DNA from: Paraspadella gotoi | Lineage: Eukaryota; Animalia; Chaetognatha | Length of the DNA stretch: 64,000 bases | NCBI GenBank assembly: GCA_051294375.1 | Contig: CM119270.1 | Location: 16,799,904 to 16,863,903, forward strand | Direction of reading: 5' to 3' | In this document: piece by piece, positions 13,863 to 32,002 of the stretch | Position numbering within the stretch: position 1 is the stretch's first letter | How the letters are laid out: each line of letters begins with the position of its first letter | Notes under the pieces: generated by a model | Database searches by the model: none | What the model was told of the DNA's origin: nothing | Seen by the model: the letters and a program-made list of their open reading frames with translations, nothing else | Translations under genes and position numbers: made by a program

Positions 13863-16831
13863 TAATCAATCAATCAACTCGCAAGCAAGGCCAGGTCTCC
13901 GACCTATAGCTGCAAATAAAGCCCCCGGGAGGTGTCCCGGAGAGCTTAGGAGGTGAGAGTGTATTGCAAGAACCGGGATGGAATAAGTTTTTATACGGTC
14001 CCCCAGCATTAAATTTACCCAATCAAAACTTTTTATCATTTATGATTATGTTCTGGGTTTTTTTATCTTCATCTTTTCTCCCGTTCGTAGTTAAATAAGT
14101 AAAACAATTGTTCCCGAATCAAGCAGTAAACTCGATTATGTAAAAAAGAAATATTAGCATTTATATAAAATTTTTCGATCAACTAAACAACAACGTGCAA
14201 ACAGGTGTTATGACATTCATAATTTCCGCACTTTCCCCAAAAAACGAGTAGTATATTTATTTTTAAACAATTCCCCACCAACTATTCCATTGCCCACAAC
14301 GCTCACAACCACAAGATTCGCCAACTCAACAACGTCATGAGAGACCCCACCACAAGGCTCCTTAGTGGTGGGACATCATGCGAAATAAAATCCTAACAAG
14401 ACTCCGTCGCCACAAGATTCCAGCTCCACATGACTCTACCCGCATAAAACTCAACCCCACAAGACTCCATCTCCACAAGCCTCCATCTCCACAAAACTCT
14501 TCCCACACAAAACTCCGCCTCCACAAGATTCCATCTCCACAGCCTCCATCTCACAAAAACTCTTCCCAACAAAACTCCGCCTCCACAAGATTCCATCTCC
14601 ACAAGCCTCCATCTCCACAAAACTCTTCCCCCACAAAACTCTACCTCCACAAGACTCCATCTCCACAAGCCTCCATCTCTACAAAACTCTTCCCCACAAA
14701 ACTCAACCCCCACAAGACTCCATCTCCACAAGCCTCCATCTCCGCATGACTCTCCCCCACAAAACTCACCCCACAAAACTCAACCCCCACAAGACCCACC
14801 CGCAAAGTCATCTCCATCTCCTCTTGTTTCGCTTCGATTTTCTTCTGTCGTTTGAGGACTTCGGTCACGTCGGACTCGACGTTAGAAATGTGGCGACGAA
14901 GACTGGAGAAATGAAGGGATGAATGAATGAATGAATGAATGAATGAATGAATGAATGAATGAATGAATGAATGAATGAAGAAATAGATGAATTAATGATT
15001 AAATGAGTTAATGAAAGAATCGAGTTAATGAATAAATTGGTAGACTAAATGAATGGATGGACGAATCGAAAGAAATCATTTAACCACAAGACATGAATGA
15101 ACGAAATTGTAAGATTAACTAATGTAGTAAACATATATAGTACTTTATTAATCGGTTGCCTGCCCAAAGTCAAGATGCAGGGAAGATACAGCAATATTGA
15201 ATGAAAGAATAATTTTTCTACAGTTTTGATCCGTTTCCTCACGTTTGCACGACAGTCCGGACGCCGGTCTTCTCTTCCTCCGCCTCCCGCCTCGCTGCCT
15301 CCACTCGCCGCTCGATGGCGCCTATTTTAGCGTCGACGACGCCGCCAGCCTCGGCGTCCAGCGCCGCCCTCTCCACGCGCGCCTCCAGCGACGCCATCTC
15401 ACGAGCGACGGCGTCGCGCATCGACGCCATCTTGGATTCGGTGGAGATGTCGACGCCGCGTTCGGCGAGGCGCGATTGGAGGGACTCCACCTGGTGATGG
15501 GGTTAAAAGTCGACGTTAAAAGTTTGAGAAGTTGTTGTATCCAGCTACAAAATTAATGGACAAACAGACAAACAAATATGCAAATTGACATCAAGCCAGC
15601 AATCAAATGCTTCATTGCCTCCAACCATCCGCAACGTTCCCCCTTAGACCACCTGCTTCTCCAGATGCGAGAGATTGGCCTCCTGGTTGGAGTACCTCGC
15701 CTCCATCTTCTCCAGCGCCGACCCCAGCAACGCGATCGTCTCGTTCTGATTCTCGATCTTCTCCATCATGGCGCCGATCATGGAGGGCGTCACTTCCGGT
15801 GGAGGGGAGGATGAAGAGGAGGGGAAGAGGCGGGACTCTGGGGGAACGAGTTGGTTATATAACTAATTAAAATATTCATTTTCAAGATTAAATTTAGTAT
15901 TTTTCATTTCAAACTATTTAATTAAAATATCATAGGTTTTTTTTAAAAGATTTAACTCTCTAATTTTAACTTACTTTTAAAAATAAAAATATAAATTAGT
16001 ATAATTATAAATTATATAAGTTAGTATAATTAGTATAATTATCAATTATATAAATTAGTATAATTAGTATAAATTAGTTCATAAATTCTTTACAATCCAT
16101 CGGCGTTTCGATCCTTTTAACTTCTCCCCCATATTCATTTTATCCCACTCAACTGTTTCCCTCCAAACTGAACCGGACTTTTCCGTCCTTCTTTTCCGGC
16201 CGCCGATTGTCCGGATCGATCGTCTCCGCGCCGAAAAAACTTTCCCTTCTCGCGGCGCCCTTTTGGCCGCTCCTGTTTCCGGGGACGCCGCTCCTGGAAC
16301 CGAAAACGGAACTCTTGGCGCCGCGCGGGGATTTGGGGCGCTCCCAAGCGCGATCGGAGGAAGGGCGTTTGGCGGCGTGGGAAAGAAAATGGGCGGAGTA
16401 AGACTTTGCGGTGGATGGGCGTGGGCGGGATGAAGGGGCGGAGGGGACTGTGGAGGTAAATAGGGTAAAGCGGGAAATAGAAGGTTATGTTTAAAAAATT
16501 ATTTAAAAAATATTAATTAAAAGATGTTAAAAAAGAAGAATTTTACTAAATAAATTTTTTTTAAAAAAACACAAATATACAAAATCGGAACTTCTGTTCG
16601 GTAACCAATTTTTTTGTATCCATCTTCAACGACATCGTCATCATCATCGTCATCATCATCATCATCTCCCAACCCTCCCTCACCTCTTCCCCCGCGTCCC
16701 AAAGCCTTCGTCGCTCCCAACTTGAGTCTGACTCTTTGAAGAGAGTCCTCTGTGTCTCTGACGATTTCTTCCAGCGACGACGCTGGACGAGCATCTCGAC
16801 TCAACGAAGAATCCATGAAGATGTCGTTCAT
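12500..16831 (-). CDS. Multi-exon coiled-coil protein of unknown family, copy 2
   Basis: Mirror of copy 1, ATG at 16831 (MNDIFMDSSLSRDARP). Reading frames are cleaner here (ORFs 15239-15490, 13500-13763, 12891-13292). Sequence continues upstream into a CCAAT cluster. Confidence 0.72.
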
Positions 16832-16844
16832 TTTTCGAGGCTGT

Positions 16845-16912
16845 GATTGGCTATGGTTTGTAGCACTGATTGGCTGACTCTGGTAGCGCCGATTGGCTGT
16901 CGCCTATTGGCT
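16845..16912 (-). promoter_or_regulatory. Cluster of four CCAAT (NF-Y-type) boxes upstream of the coiled-coil gene
   Basis: (G/T)ATTGGCT at about 16845, 16868, 16891 and 16906, within 80 bp of the ATG at 16831. Confidence 0.45.
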
Positions 16913-17466
16913 CAGGGAGTATTATGCCGGTTTTCCAGGATTCACAAATGTCGAATTGGAATATTTATCACTGTGAGTTTGGATCTTTTTGATTCCAAGT
17001 GTGACGCTTCCACTGGGGAGATTTAACTACCACGATTCCCCTGCTTTCCGAAAAACCAAAATCGAAATTTTTGTGGCAAAAAGAAGAATCTAAAAAAGCT
17101 TTTCGTGGAAAACAAAGATTTTAAACGAATCGACATCAATGTAACGCGAATATTCGGCAAGAAAGCGCTGGAGCAATCCAGCAAGTATTGCGAGAAACTC
17201 TTTCCCGTTCAATGGTGCGACAAAAAAAAACACGAAAAGTTGCAATAGATCGCGAATGAAAATACTAAATAATAAGTTGTGACAAAAAGTGCCAAGCGGA
17301 ATAAGTAAGGACGAATTAAAATTTAAAAAAAAAAAAAATAAAAATAGATCGTTGCCGAGAACGAAATGCGCGGATTTCCGACAGAGGAGTTAGTTTCCAT
17401 CTCCTTACCCTTTTCCAAGAATTCCTTACTCGAACTCGCCCTCCAAAAACTATTCTTTTCCCTTCG

Positions 17467-24066
<6,600 letters not shown>

Positions 24067-24287
24067 TATTTAAACGTGAAATTATTGTACTTATTGTACT
24101 CTTATTTGCAGATGTGAGATTTTGTGTGGGTTTATGTTACGTTGACAGAGAGGGCTTTTCTTAGAAAAATATTTGATGTGTTTCTAATTTGAGTAAATTT
24201 AGTCATTTTCGTGTTTAAACGTATTATGCTTGCATGAACAGATTTTATTAATAAAACGCCTTTCGAAGCTGTTTCTTTCGCTTTCCC

Positions 24288-24300
24288 GTTACTAAGCAAC
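24288..24300. promoter_or_regulatory. RFX X-box-like motif upstream of SANBR
   Basis: GTTACTAAGCAAC (reverse GTTGCTTAGTAAC), an imperfect palindrome fitting the RFX consensus, about 220 bp upstream of the ATG at 24066. Confidence 0.5.
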
Positions 24301-24685
24301 TATCCTTTCCACTTTCCAGTTTAAAGTTGGAAACAAAAGTTTCGATCGACGATTAACCAAGAGCGACCTCTTAAGAGCGGTTAGTTAGCCAATTTCTCGC
24401 TTATCTAACAAAAGACTAACAGGTATAATCCAAATGCTTTATCTTAAATAAATTGGTTAATATGTAATTCTATAAATTAACAATCAAGCTTTATTTAGCC
24501 AATGCGAGGTGTCATTTGGGAAAAATGTGGGATTATTAGCAATACAAATATTTAGAAGAAGGTGCATGTGTTAAATTAAAACACCATTTTTGTTTTCAAG
24601 CAGTATTAATGCATTAGAAAGCTACACGTAGACATTTACAACCAAATCACGATACGATATATAGTATTATATACTATTTTCGCTT

Positions 24686-25680
24686 TTATTTACTGTTTGT
24701 TCTTCTGTTTCCTTCGTCGCTTCTTTGCTTCCGCGGCGACGACGACGACGACGACGACGGGCGCGACGATGATCGCGACGACGGGCGCGACGACGACGCC
24801 GTCGTCCCGTAGGCTTTTTCCATGAGGTAGATGTAGTCGACGGTCCGCTTGGTCTTTTTGCTGGCGCTTTTCGGGGGGTTGGAGTTTTCTAGAAAGATTA
24901 AAGCTAAATATTAAGAAATTTGTGAATTAGTAAAAAAAAAAAAGACGAAATTAAAAAATTAAGACAGTCTCCAGCTCAAAAGTAATTATAGAGAATTTTT
25001 ACATTAACTTTCACAGACCGTAAAATGAAAACAATTTTTTGAGTGAACAATAATGATAAACAAGTTTGAGCAAATAACGACGGATCTGCACGATGGTATT
25101 AAGCGGTAAGCAGCGAATCAGATGATAAGTTATGATTAATTATGCAATTTCTTTTTTATTTAATACAAATAAGCAACAAAATTTGTAACTTTATTGTTAT
25201 AGTCGTTATGGTTTTTATAGGAGTTGTGATGGTTTTTGTGGTTAAAGTGATTATTATCATTGTAGTGGTTGTTGCAACATGCAATTACTTTTCATATTTA
25301 AAGGGAAAAACGGGCAAATTAAATAGTTTAACATAGCGTAAATTTTTTTTTCCACTTTAACTAATTTCCACTCCAGCGAAACCTAATTTCCAGCTCAATA
25401 ACACAATTCTTTCCCCACACACAAAATTTTTTAGTCAATCGCCCAATCCTCGCATATTTGGTGTTCAAAGGTGGGACGGACAGAAACACGGACGGACAGA
25501 CATCGATCTTTGCCTAATTCCTCATACTTGTATCTTCTGAAATGTGATTTACCGACAAGATTGTTGGGTAAAACCGACGGACCGACAGAGTGAATTGTAG
25601 TAACTAAAAATCCGGAAAATTTAACCTTTTTTCGCTGATTCGATCGGAGACGAAATGTTCTCTTTCGATTTAGACGTCAT
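24686..25680 (-). CDS. Small two-exon Ser/Arg/Lys-rich protein (85 aa), unknown family
   Basis: Exon 25626-25680 (ATG...AAAG|GTTAAA) joins exon 24686-24888 (TTTCTAG|AA...TAA) in frame, 258 nt: [85 protein letters not shown]. The GC-rich exon matches the composition of host exons. Confidence 0.55.
25340..25610 (-). mobile_element. DINE-1/HINE-like non-autonomous element fragment
   Basis: GTGGGACGGACAGA...CGGACGGACAGACA and CCGACGGACCGACAGAGTGA are reverse complements of the (GTCC/GTCT)n core at 34830 and 39860. Confidence 0.5.
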
Positions 25681-26535
25681 TCTCCTTCGTTCGTTTGTTT
25701 TTAACTTTCTAATTTTGAGGATATAAATGTAAAATCACTTTTTAAAAAGTCTTTAACATTAAAATGGAAATTACCTTCAAGGAATAAGCGCTACCAACTA
25801 ATTAGGTGGAAACAATAAAATGTAAAAAAAAACAAAAAACATTTTTCCCCCAAGATTGTTTTGGAGTTTTAACACGCTTAGTTGTATAAATTTTAGAAAG
25901 AACTTGTTTTATTTGTCCTTTATTTATTACCTTGAATGACGCACGAAAACGAAACGTAATCTCGGACTAAAGTTATCTACTGTACCGACGCCGCATGTCA
26001 TCGAGTATCATTTAACTCTTTGTTTCATGAAAGAAATTGTGTCAAAAAACCCGAAATGATTTCGTGTCATTGTTGGGGAGAAAAAGCTTCGTCATTAGAA
26101 GACGTTCATAAAAAGTTAACGAGGATAATGTTGGGATGTTTGACTCATCTGACTATATTAAAAAAACTCACCAAACGAATTAATATAATCTGTATTTGTG
26201 AAATATTCCATTATAATATTTTTCTGAGAGAAAAAAAAACTTAGTTTATGATTTGCAAGAACGGATAAAGCAGAAGAGGTTTTCATGATTGCTAAGTTTC
26301 ATCTCTTACATATCAGGAAACTAGGCCCACCTATGCTGTTATATTGTTTTCCAATGAAAAGCAATTTGTGTTATTTCAGGCAACTAAAACAAAAGAAGAA
26401 AAAGAAGAAAAAGATGTTTGAACGAAGGGAGAGCCTCGATCCAAACAAAAGACAACAATGTTGTTGACGGAATTGTAACGTTTGGCAGAACAGTCCTCTC
26501 AACCTAATGGTGTGATCGATCCAGGTGTGGCTGGC

Positions 26536-28307
26536 NNNNNNNNNNNNNNNNNNNNNNNNNNNNNNNNNNNNNNNNNNNNNNNNNNNNNNNNNNNNNNNNN
26601 NNNNNNNNNNNNNNNNNNNNNNNNNNNNNNNNNNNNNNNNNNNNNNNNNNNNNNNNNNNNNNNNNNNNNNNNNNNNNNNNNNNNNNNNNNNNNNNNNNNN
26701 NNNNNNNNNNNNNNNNNNNNNNNNNNNNNNNNNNNNNNNNNNNNNNNNNNNNNNNNNNNNNNNNNNNNNNNNNNNNNNNNNNNNNNNNNNNNNNNNNNNN
26801 NNNNNNNNNNNNNNNNNNNNNNNNNNNNNNNNNNNNNNNNNNNNNNNNNNNNNNNNNNNNNNNNNNNNNNNNNNNNNNNNNNNNNNNNNNNNNNNNNNNN
26901 NNNNNNNNNNNNNNNNNNNNNNNNNNNNNNNNNNNNNNNNNNNNNNNNNNNNNNNNNNNNNNNNNNNNNNNNNNNNNNNNNNNNNNNNNNNNNNNNNNNN
27001 NNNNNNNNNNNNNNNNNNNNNNNNNNNNNNNNNNNNNNNNNNNNNNNNNNNNNNNNNNNNNNNNNNNNNNNNNNNNNNNNNNNNNNNNNNNNNNNNNNNN
27101 NNNNNNNNNNNNNNNNNNNNNNNNNNNNNNNNNNNNNNNNNNNNNNNNNNNNNNNNNNNNNNNNNNNNNNNNNNNNNNNNNNNNNNNNNNNNNNNNNNNN
27201 NNNNNNNNNNNNNNNNNNNNNNNNNNNNNNNNNNNNNNNNNNNNNNNNNNNNNNNNNNNNNNNNNNNNNNNNNNNNNNNNNNNNNNNNNNNNNNNNNNNN
27301 NNNNNNNNNNNNNNNNNNNNNNNNNNNNNNNNNNNNNNNNNNNNNNNNNNNNNNNNNNNNNNNNNNNNNNNNNNNNNNNNNNNNNNNNNNNNNNNNNNNN
27401 NNNNNNNNNNNNNNNNNNNNNNNNNNNNNNNNNNNNNNNNNNNNNNNNNNNNNNNNNNNNNNNNNNNNTTAATATTCGGACGCATCATCTCTTAAAAACC
27501 AAATCAGTTTACTTTCCTTTTATCTAATAAATATATATATATATATAAATAATGTCAACTATGCCTGGCCATCAGTGATATGTTTTTGTAAAGACTTTTT
27601 GATTTTAAAACTTAATGAAATTTTAGGTAAGCCTGAGTTAACACTTACTTTTAGTTCATATTGTTAAATGAGAGTTAGCGAAACCGCCGCCGTAATTCTA
27701 TGACCTTAATTAGTCTTTATATTAAATAATATTTCACTATAGTCATAGGAACATATAGTTACTATTTTGGCATTTCCGGGTGGAACCAGANNNNNNNNNN
27801 NNNNNNNNNNNNNNNNNNNNNNNNNNNNNNNNNNNNNNNNNNNNNNNNNNNNNNNNNNNNNNNNNNNNNNNNNNNNNNNNNNNNNNNNNNNNNNNNNNNN
27901 NNNNNNNNNNNNNNNNNNNNNNNNNNNNNNNNNNNNNNNNNNNNNNNNNNNNNNNNNNNNNNNNNNNNNNNNNNNNNNNNNNNNNNNNNNNNNNNNNNNN
28001 NNNNNNNNNNNNNNNNNNNNNNNNNNNNNNNNNNNNNNNNNNNNNNNNNNNNNNNNNNNNNNNNNNNNNNNNNNNNNNNNNNNNNNNNNNNNNNNNNNNN
28101 NNNNNNNNNNNNNNNNNNNNNNNNNNNNNNNNNNNNNNNNNNNNNNNNNNNNNNNNNNNNNNNNNNNNNNNNNNNNNNNNNNNNNNNNNNNNNNNNNNNN
28201 NNNNNNNNNNNNNNNNNNNNNNNNNNNNNNNNNNNNNNNNNNNNNNNNNNNNNNNNNNNNNNNNNNNNNNNNNNNNNNNNNNNNNNNNNNNNNNNNNNNN
28301 NNNNNNN
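26536..28307. other. Assembly gaps (26536-27468 and 27791-28307)
   Basis: Runs of N. Other gaps lie at 11416, 40546, 40802, 44350, 46024, 46634, 47070, 52127 and 59523. Confidence 1.
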
Positions 28308-29162
28308 CCCGCCCGCCCCCGCCGAGACCATGAGATAGGAAAAAAGAGAGAGAGAAAAGCGAGAGATAGAAATCGAAAAATATACATCAGCGGAAAATTA
28401 ATAAGAACGAGTGTCTTTAGTTACGTAATGCGGGACGTATGAATATGCGACTTCACGAATCCGGTTCTCGCTTGTGATTGGCCGACTTCGTAACGTTCCC
28501 TCACCCGATTGGCCTTCGGAACCGAGGCCATCGGAGAGGAACGGAAAGAGGCGAGTCGAGGTGAGTAGAGGTGAGTTTAGGGTCGAAACGCTTCGGCGAT
28601 CGGGGCCAACATCAAACGGTGGTTGGAATTGCGGGTCAACCGTCACCGTCATCATCATCACCACGAACGGGATTTTATGGTCAAAAGCGGACGAAGGACG
28701 AGAGATGGAGAGAAAGTGTGAAAAGGGAGGGAAGAGAAGGAAGAGAAGGAAGGAAATGGGAAAGATAAAGGAAGATGAAGATGAACTATTTTAAAAATTG
28801 TTTAAATACTAAAATAAAGAACTATTTATTACAGACGCGGATCCGATTTTTTAAATAGTGCATTTAACATAATTCTCGTTATAGAACATAGCCTGGCGAT
28901 TGATTTGATTTGATTGATTGCTTTGATTGCAAAAAAAAAAAGCTTCCGGAAATCGGGGCCGAGTCGCGCTGTTTGCTTCGCCGATTTTCGATCCGATATC
29001 GCCGTCCCATTACCGTCACTTTTTTTCACCGTTTTGTGACCTTTTTGTGCTCCGATCCGACTCTTTTCTAACCCCGATTCTCGATCCCGTGACCCGTTTA
29101 TCCGTTGACCTCTGGCGACGATGCGCAGGACTGGCACGACGGACGCGAGAGCCACACTCTCT

Positions 29163-29198
<36 letters not shown>

Positions 29199-29221
29199 CT
29201 CTCTTCTCTCTCCTCTTTTCG

Positions 29222-29255
<34 letters not shown>

Positions 29256-29266
29256 CTCTCTCTTCT

Positions 29267-29300
<34 letters not shown>

Positions 29301-30166
29301 GTGGGAATCTCTTCGCGCGCTCTCTCTATCTCTGTCTTCTCGATCGGATTCATTTGCACTTCGCGCGGATTCTTACCATTGAGAACGAAAAAGAGAAGGT
29401 AAGTTCAGTAGGGGAGAGCATGGGGGGAGGTGGTCGTTTTAGGGGTTGGGACGGGGAGGGGGGCGTTTCGTCGGACCCACCGCATTCAACGTGGCTCTTT
29501 TTGGCAGAAACCCTGTTGGCGCCCGACGACTGATTCATGGTTCCATTCCCGCTTCGATCCGCCGACCAATAATCGTTGGGGATTTTGATCTTTTATTCAT
29601 TTTTGAGTTGGATGGAATGAAAGCGATTTCAATGCGAATGAATGAAAGATGCATTTAGGCATTGAGGAATACCTTCGAAATGCGAACCATTTAACATTAC
29701 TACGTCCTATTAATTAAACCTTAATATTTAACGTCATTCTTTAAGTTATTTTCAAGTTACGGCAAGTCTGGAAGCTTTGATATAATTGTCACTTATCTAT
29801 GCCATCTACTGTGGCACAGTTTAAATTCGTTTATTCATTCCATTCCAAAGTCGTTCATCATTTCTCGAATTGTCGTCTCGCAGTGACTGGCTTCACAAAT
29901 GAGTGAACCGAACCCGCTGCTCTTGACTGAGGTCTCTACGACTCCAACCGCAAAGACAAAGAAACGATTGTGAACGGTGCTTCAACTGATTCAAACTTCA
30001 CATCGTGGATTCACGAAGAATTCACATCTCCTCTTCTCTTCTCTTGCGCGCTAATGTGCAAAACGCCTTTTCACATTTAATGAAGGAAAAAAATATTCCG
30101 TGTGAATCTATGTGGCTCTCTCTTGAGCTAATTATAAATGCCACGGAGAGAGAGAGAGAAAGAGAT

Positions 30167-30221
<55 letters not shown>

Positions 30222-31953
30222 TTAAATAACTCATTTAAATTCTTTCCCTCTCACAAGGAAACAAAAGTTTCTTTCCCAAATGGAGTCATGGAACAAAAAA
30301 GCTTTGCCGCTTCGTTCTTGTAGTTTGTCGTGTTTCTCATCTCGTAAAACAAGAGGATCGTCGGCCGATTTGGCCGGACCGATTGTCTCGGCCACAGAGG
30401 ACACAAACGGCGCAACGACCGCCGAGAGACGGCGCAACGCCAGAAAGACAAAAGAGCGCCGATCGACCGAACGGGGCGCGCAACGCGGGATAACAAAAGG
30501 CGCCCAACGGCCGAGCGGGGGCGCGCAATGGCGGGATAACAAAAGTCACCCAACTCTCGAAGCCAAAAATCTTGTTTGATTCACTCCTGCAAAGTTGAGG
30601 ACACAAAGAAAACTAAAAGAAGGTCCAGACGGACTGATCGACACGCGGCTCGGCGGAATGCCCGACACAACGCCGGGACGTCGCTCCGTCCAACTCAATC
30701 CGCAGTTCGAGCGAAAGAAAAAATTGACTCCATGAGTTTAGAATTTAGCGCGAAACGACACGAAGAGAATGGAGACCAATGAGAGGCTGAAAAGCTTCTC
30801 CTTTCTTCCAATCAGAAGCCGAGAGGGATCAGCGTCGTGATTCGAACGCCTCGACGATTTATAGCCTTCGAAAATTCGCGGTTTACGGAAAATAATAATG
30901 CGATTGTGGAGAAATGAGGGAGCAACGAAATGGGTGGGAATTCAAAATGTGGGTGCCAATTTGTTAATGTTTTGGTTTGTATTTGTTAAAATTCTTTTAA
31001 TTGTTTGGTATTGATTCTCCTGTTGTTTCTTTATCCCGATATCAAAGACAGTTTTACCAATTGTCTCAAATGCTCCTGCTTGTCCCAGTTTTTCCACATT
31101 ATTTAGGCTGACCACTCTCTCCAAGCTATGATTCGCTAATAAAAATGGTGGTGTAACGCCCATCGTCACCCTAACCGCACGATAATTCCCCTGTCCCCAC
31201 TCAATGGGTCAGGCGGAGACCTCTCAGCAGCCAATGGACGTCCGATGCCTCCCCCGAGCCTGTAGCAACTTGGTGCGACTCTTCTCGAACTGGACGTCGC
31301 CCAAAATGACTGCTACAGCCTGTACAGGAGGAGAGAGAGGAGCCTGTATCCCCTGTACCAAAACAGGCCAGAACAGGCAACCGCCCACCTCACCGTCAGG
31401 TCAGAAGAGGGCCTTCGGCAGGCTTATCAGGCCAGAGATATAATCAAGTGGTACTTGGTATTTTTCCAGGCGGGTCTTTACCTGATCCTAAATAATCCCA
31501 CTCTAGTGACTCTACAGAGTCTACAGCAATATCATCTCAGTCTATGACAAGTCAATGACCCGATCACATCGTCAACGTCCCACCTTTGTCCGCCTGGGCG
31601 GGGGCCAGCTCACTTTGAGCTCTTTCTTCCCTTAATTTTCACTAAACTTTCACTTTATCTATCCCTCACCACTTATCCCTCCATTTCTATTTTCACTTAT
31701 TACTCCCTAATTTATTTATCTTGTTGTTATTATCAATGTTAGAATAATCTTAAGTTTTCCGAATTTATTTATCTTTGTTGCCAAATGTAACTATTTTTCT
31801 CTCTCTCTCTCTCTTGCTCCTCTCATTTTTTACCATTTCACATTAACTTCTTCTTTTTCACCTGTCCTCACATCTGACCACTATTCTTTACTCAATTCTT
31901 TGTTGGAAACTCTCCCTCAATTTCTCTCTCTCTCTCTCTCTCTCTCTCTAACC

Positions 31954-32002
31954 AAACGCTGATGAAGACTCGCAAAAATACAGAGTCGAAACATATCCTG
32001 TT
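31954..32002 (+). ncRNA. Degenerate minimal hammerhead ribozyme motif
   Basis: CTGATGA-A-GACTC-gcaaaaataca-GAGTC-GAAA-CATATC. Core and stem II are intact, stem III has a G>A change and stem I is weak. AATAAA at about 32034. Confidence 0.7.

Larger units (their letters stand above)
5724..16887. repeat. About 5.5-kb inverted duplication (5724-~11300 vs 11441-16887) centred on a 25-N gap
   Basis: The arms are reverse complements, with mirrored ORFs (5780+/16831-, 10444-/11994+). They differ by SNPs, microsatellite lengths and 1-bp indels. Gap at 11416-11440. Confidence 0.95.

Noticed and set aside
24720-24810. Protamine-like poly-Arg reading frame
   Set aside because: It is out of frame with the ATG and splice path. 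(CGA/TCG)n runs are common in this genome, and the Ser-rich frame is the continuous one.
26482-28442. Long ORFs in the track spanning 26.5-28.4 kb (also 40.4-41.3 kb and 46.0-47.1 kb)
   Set aside because: They consist of N-gap translations.
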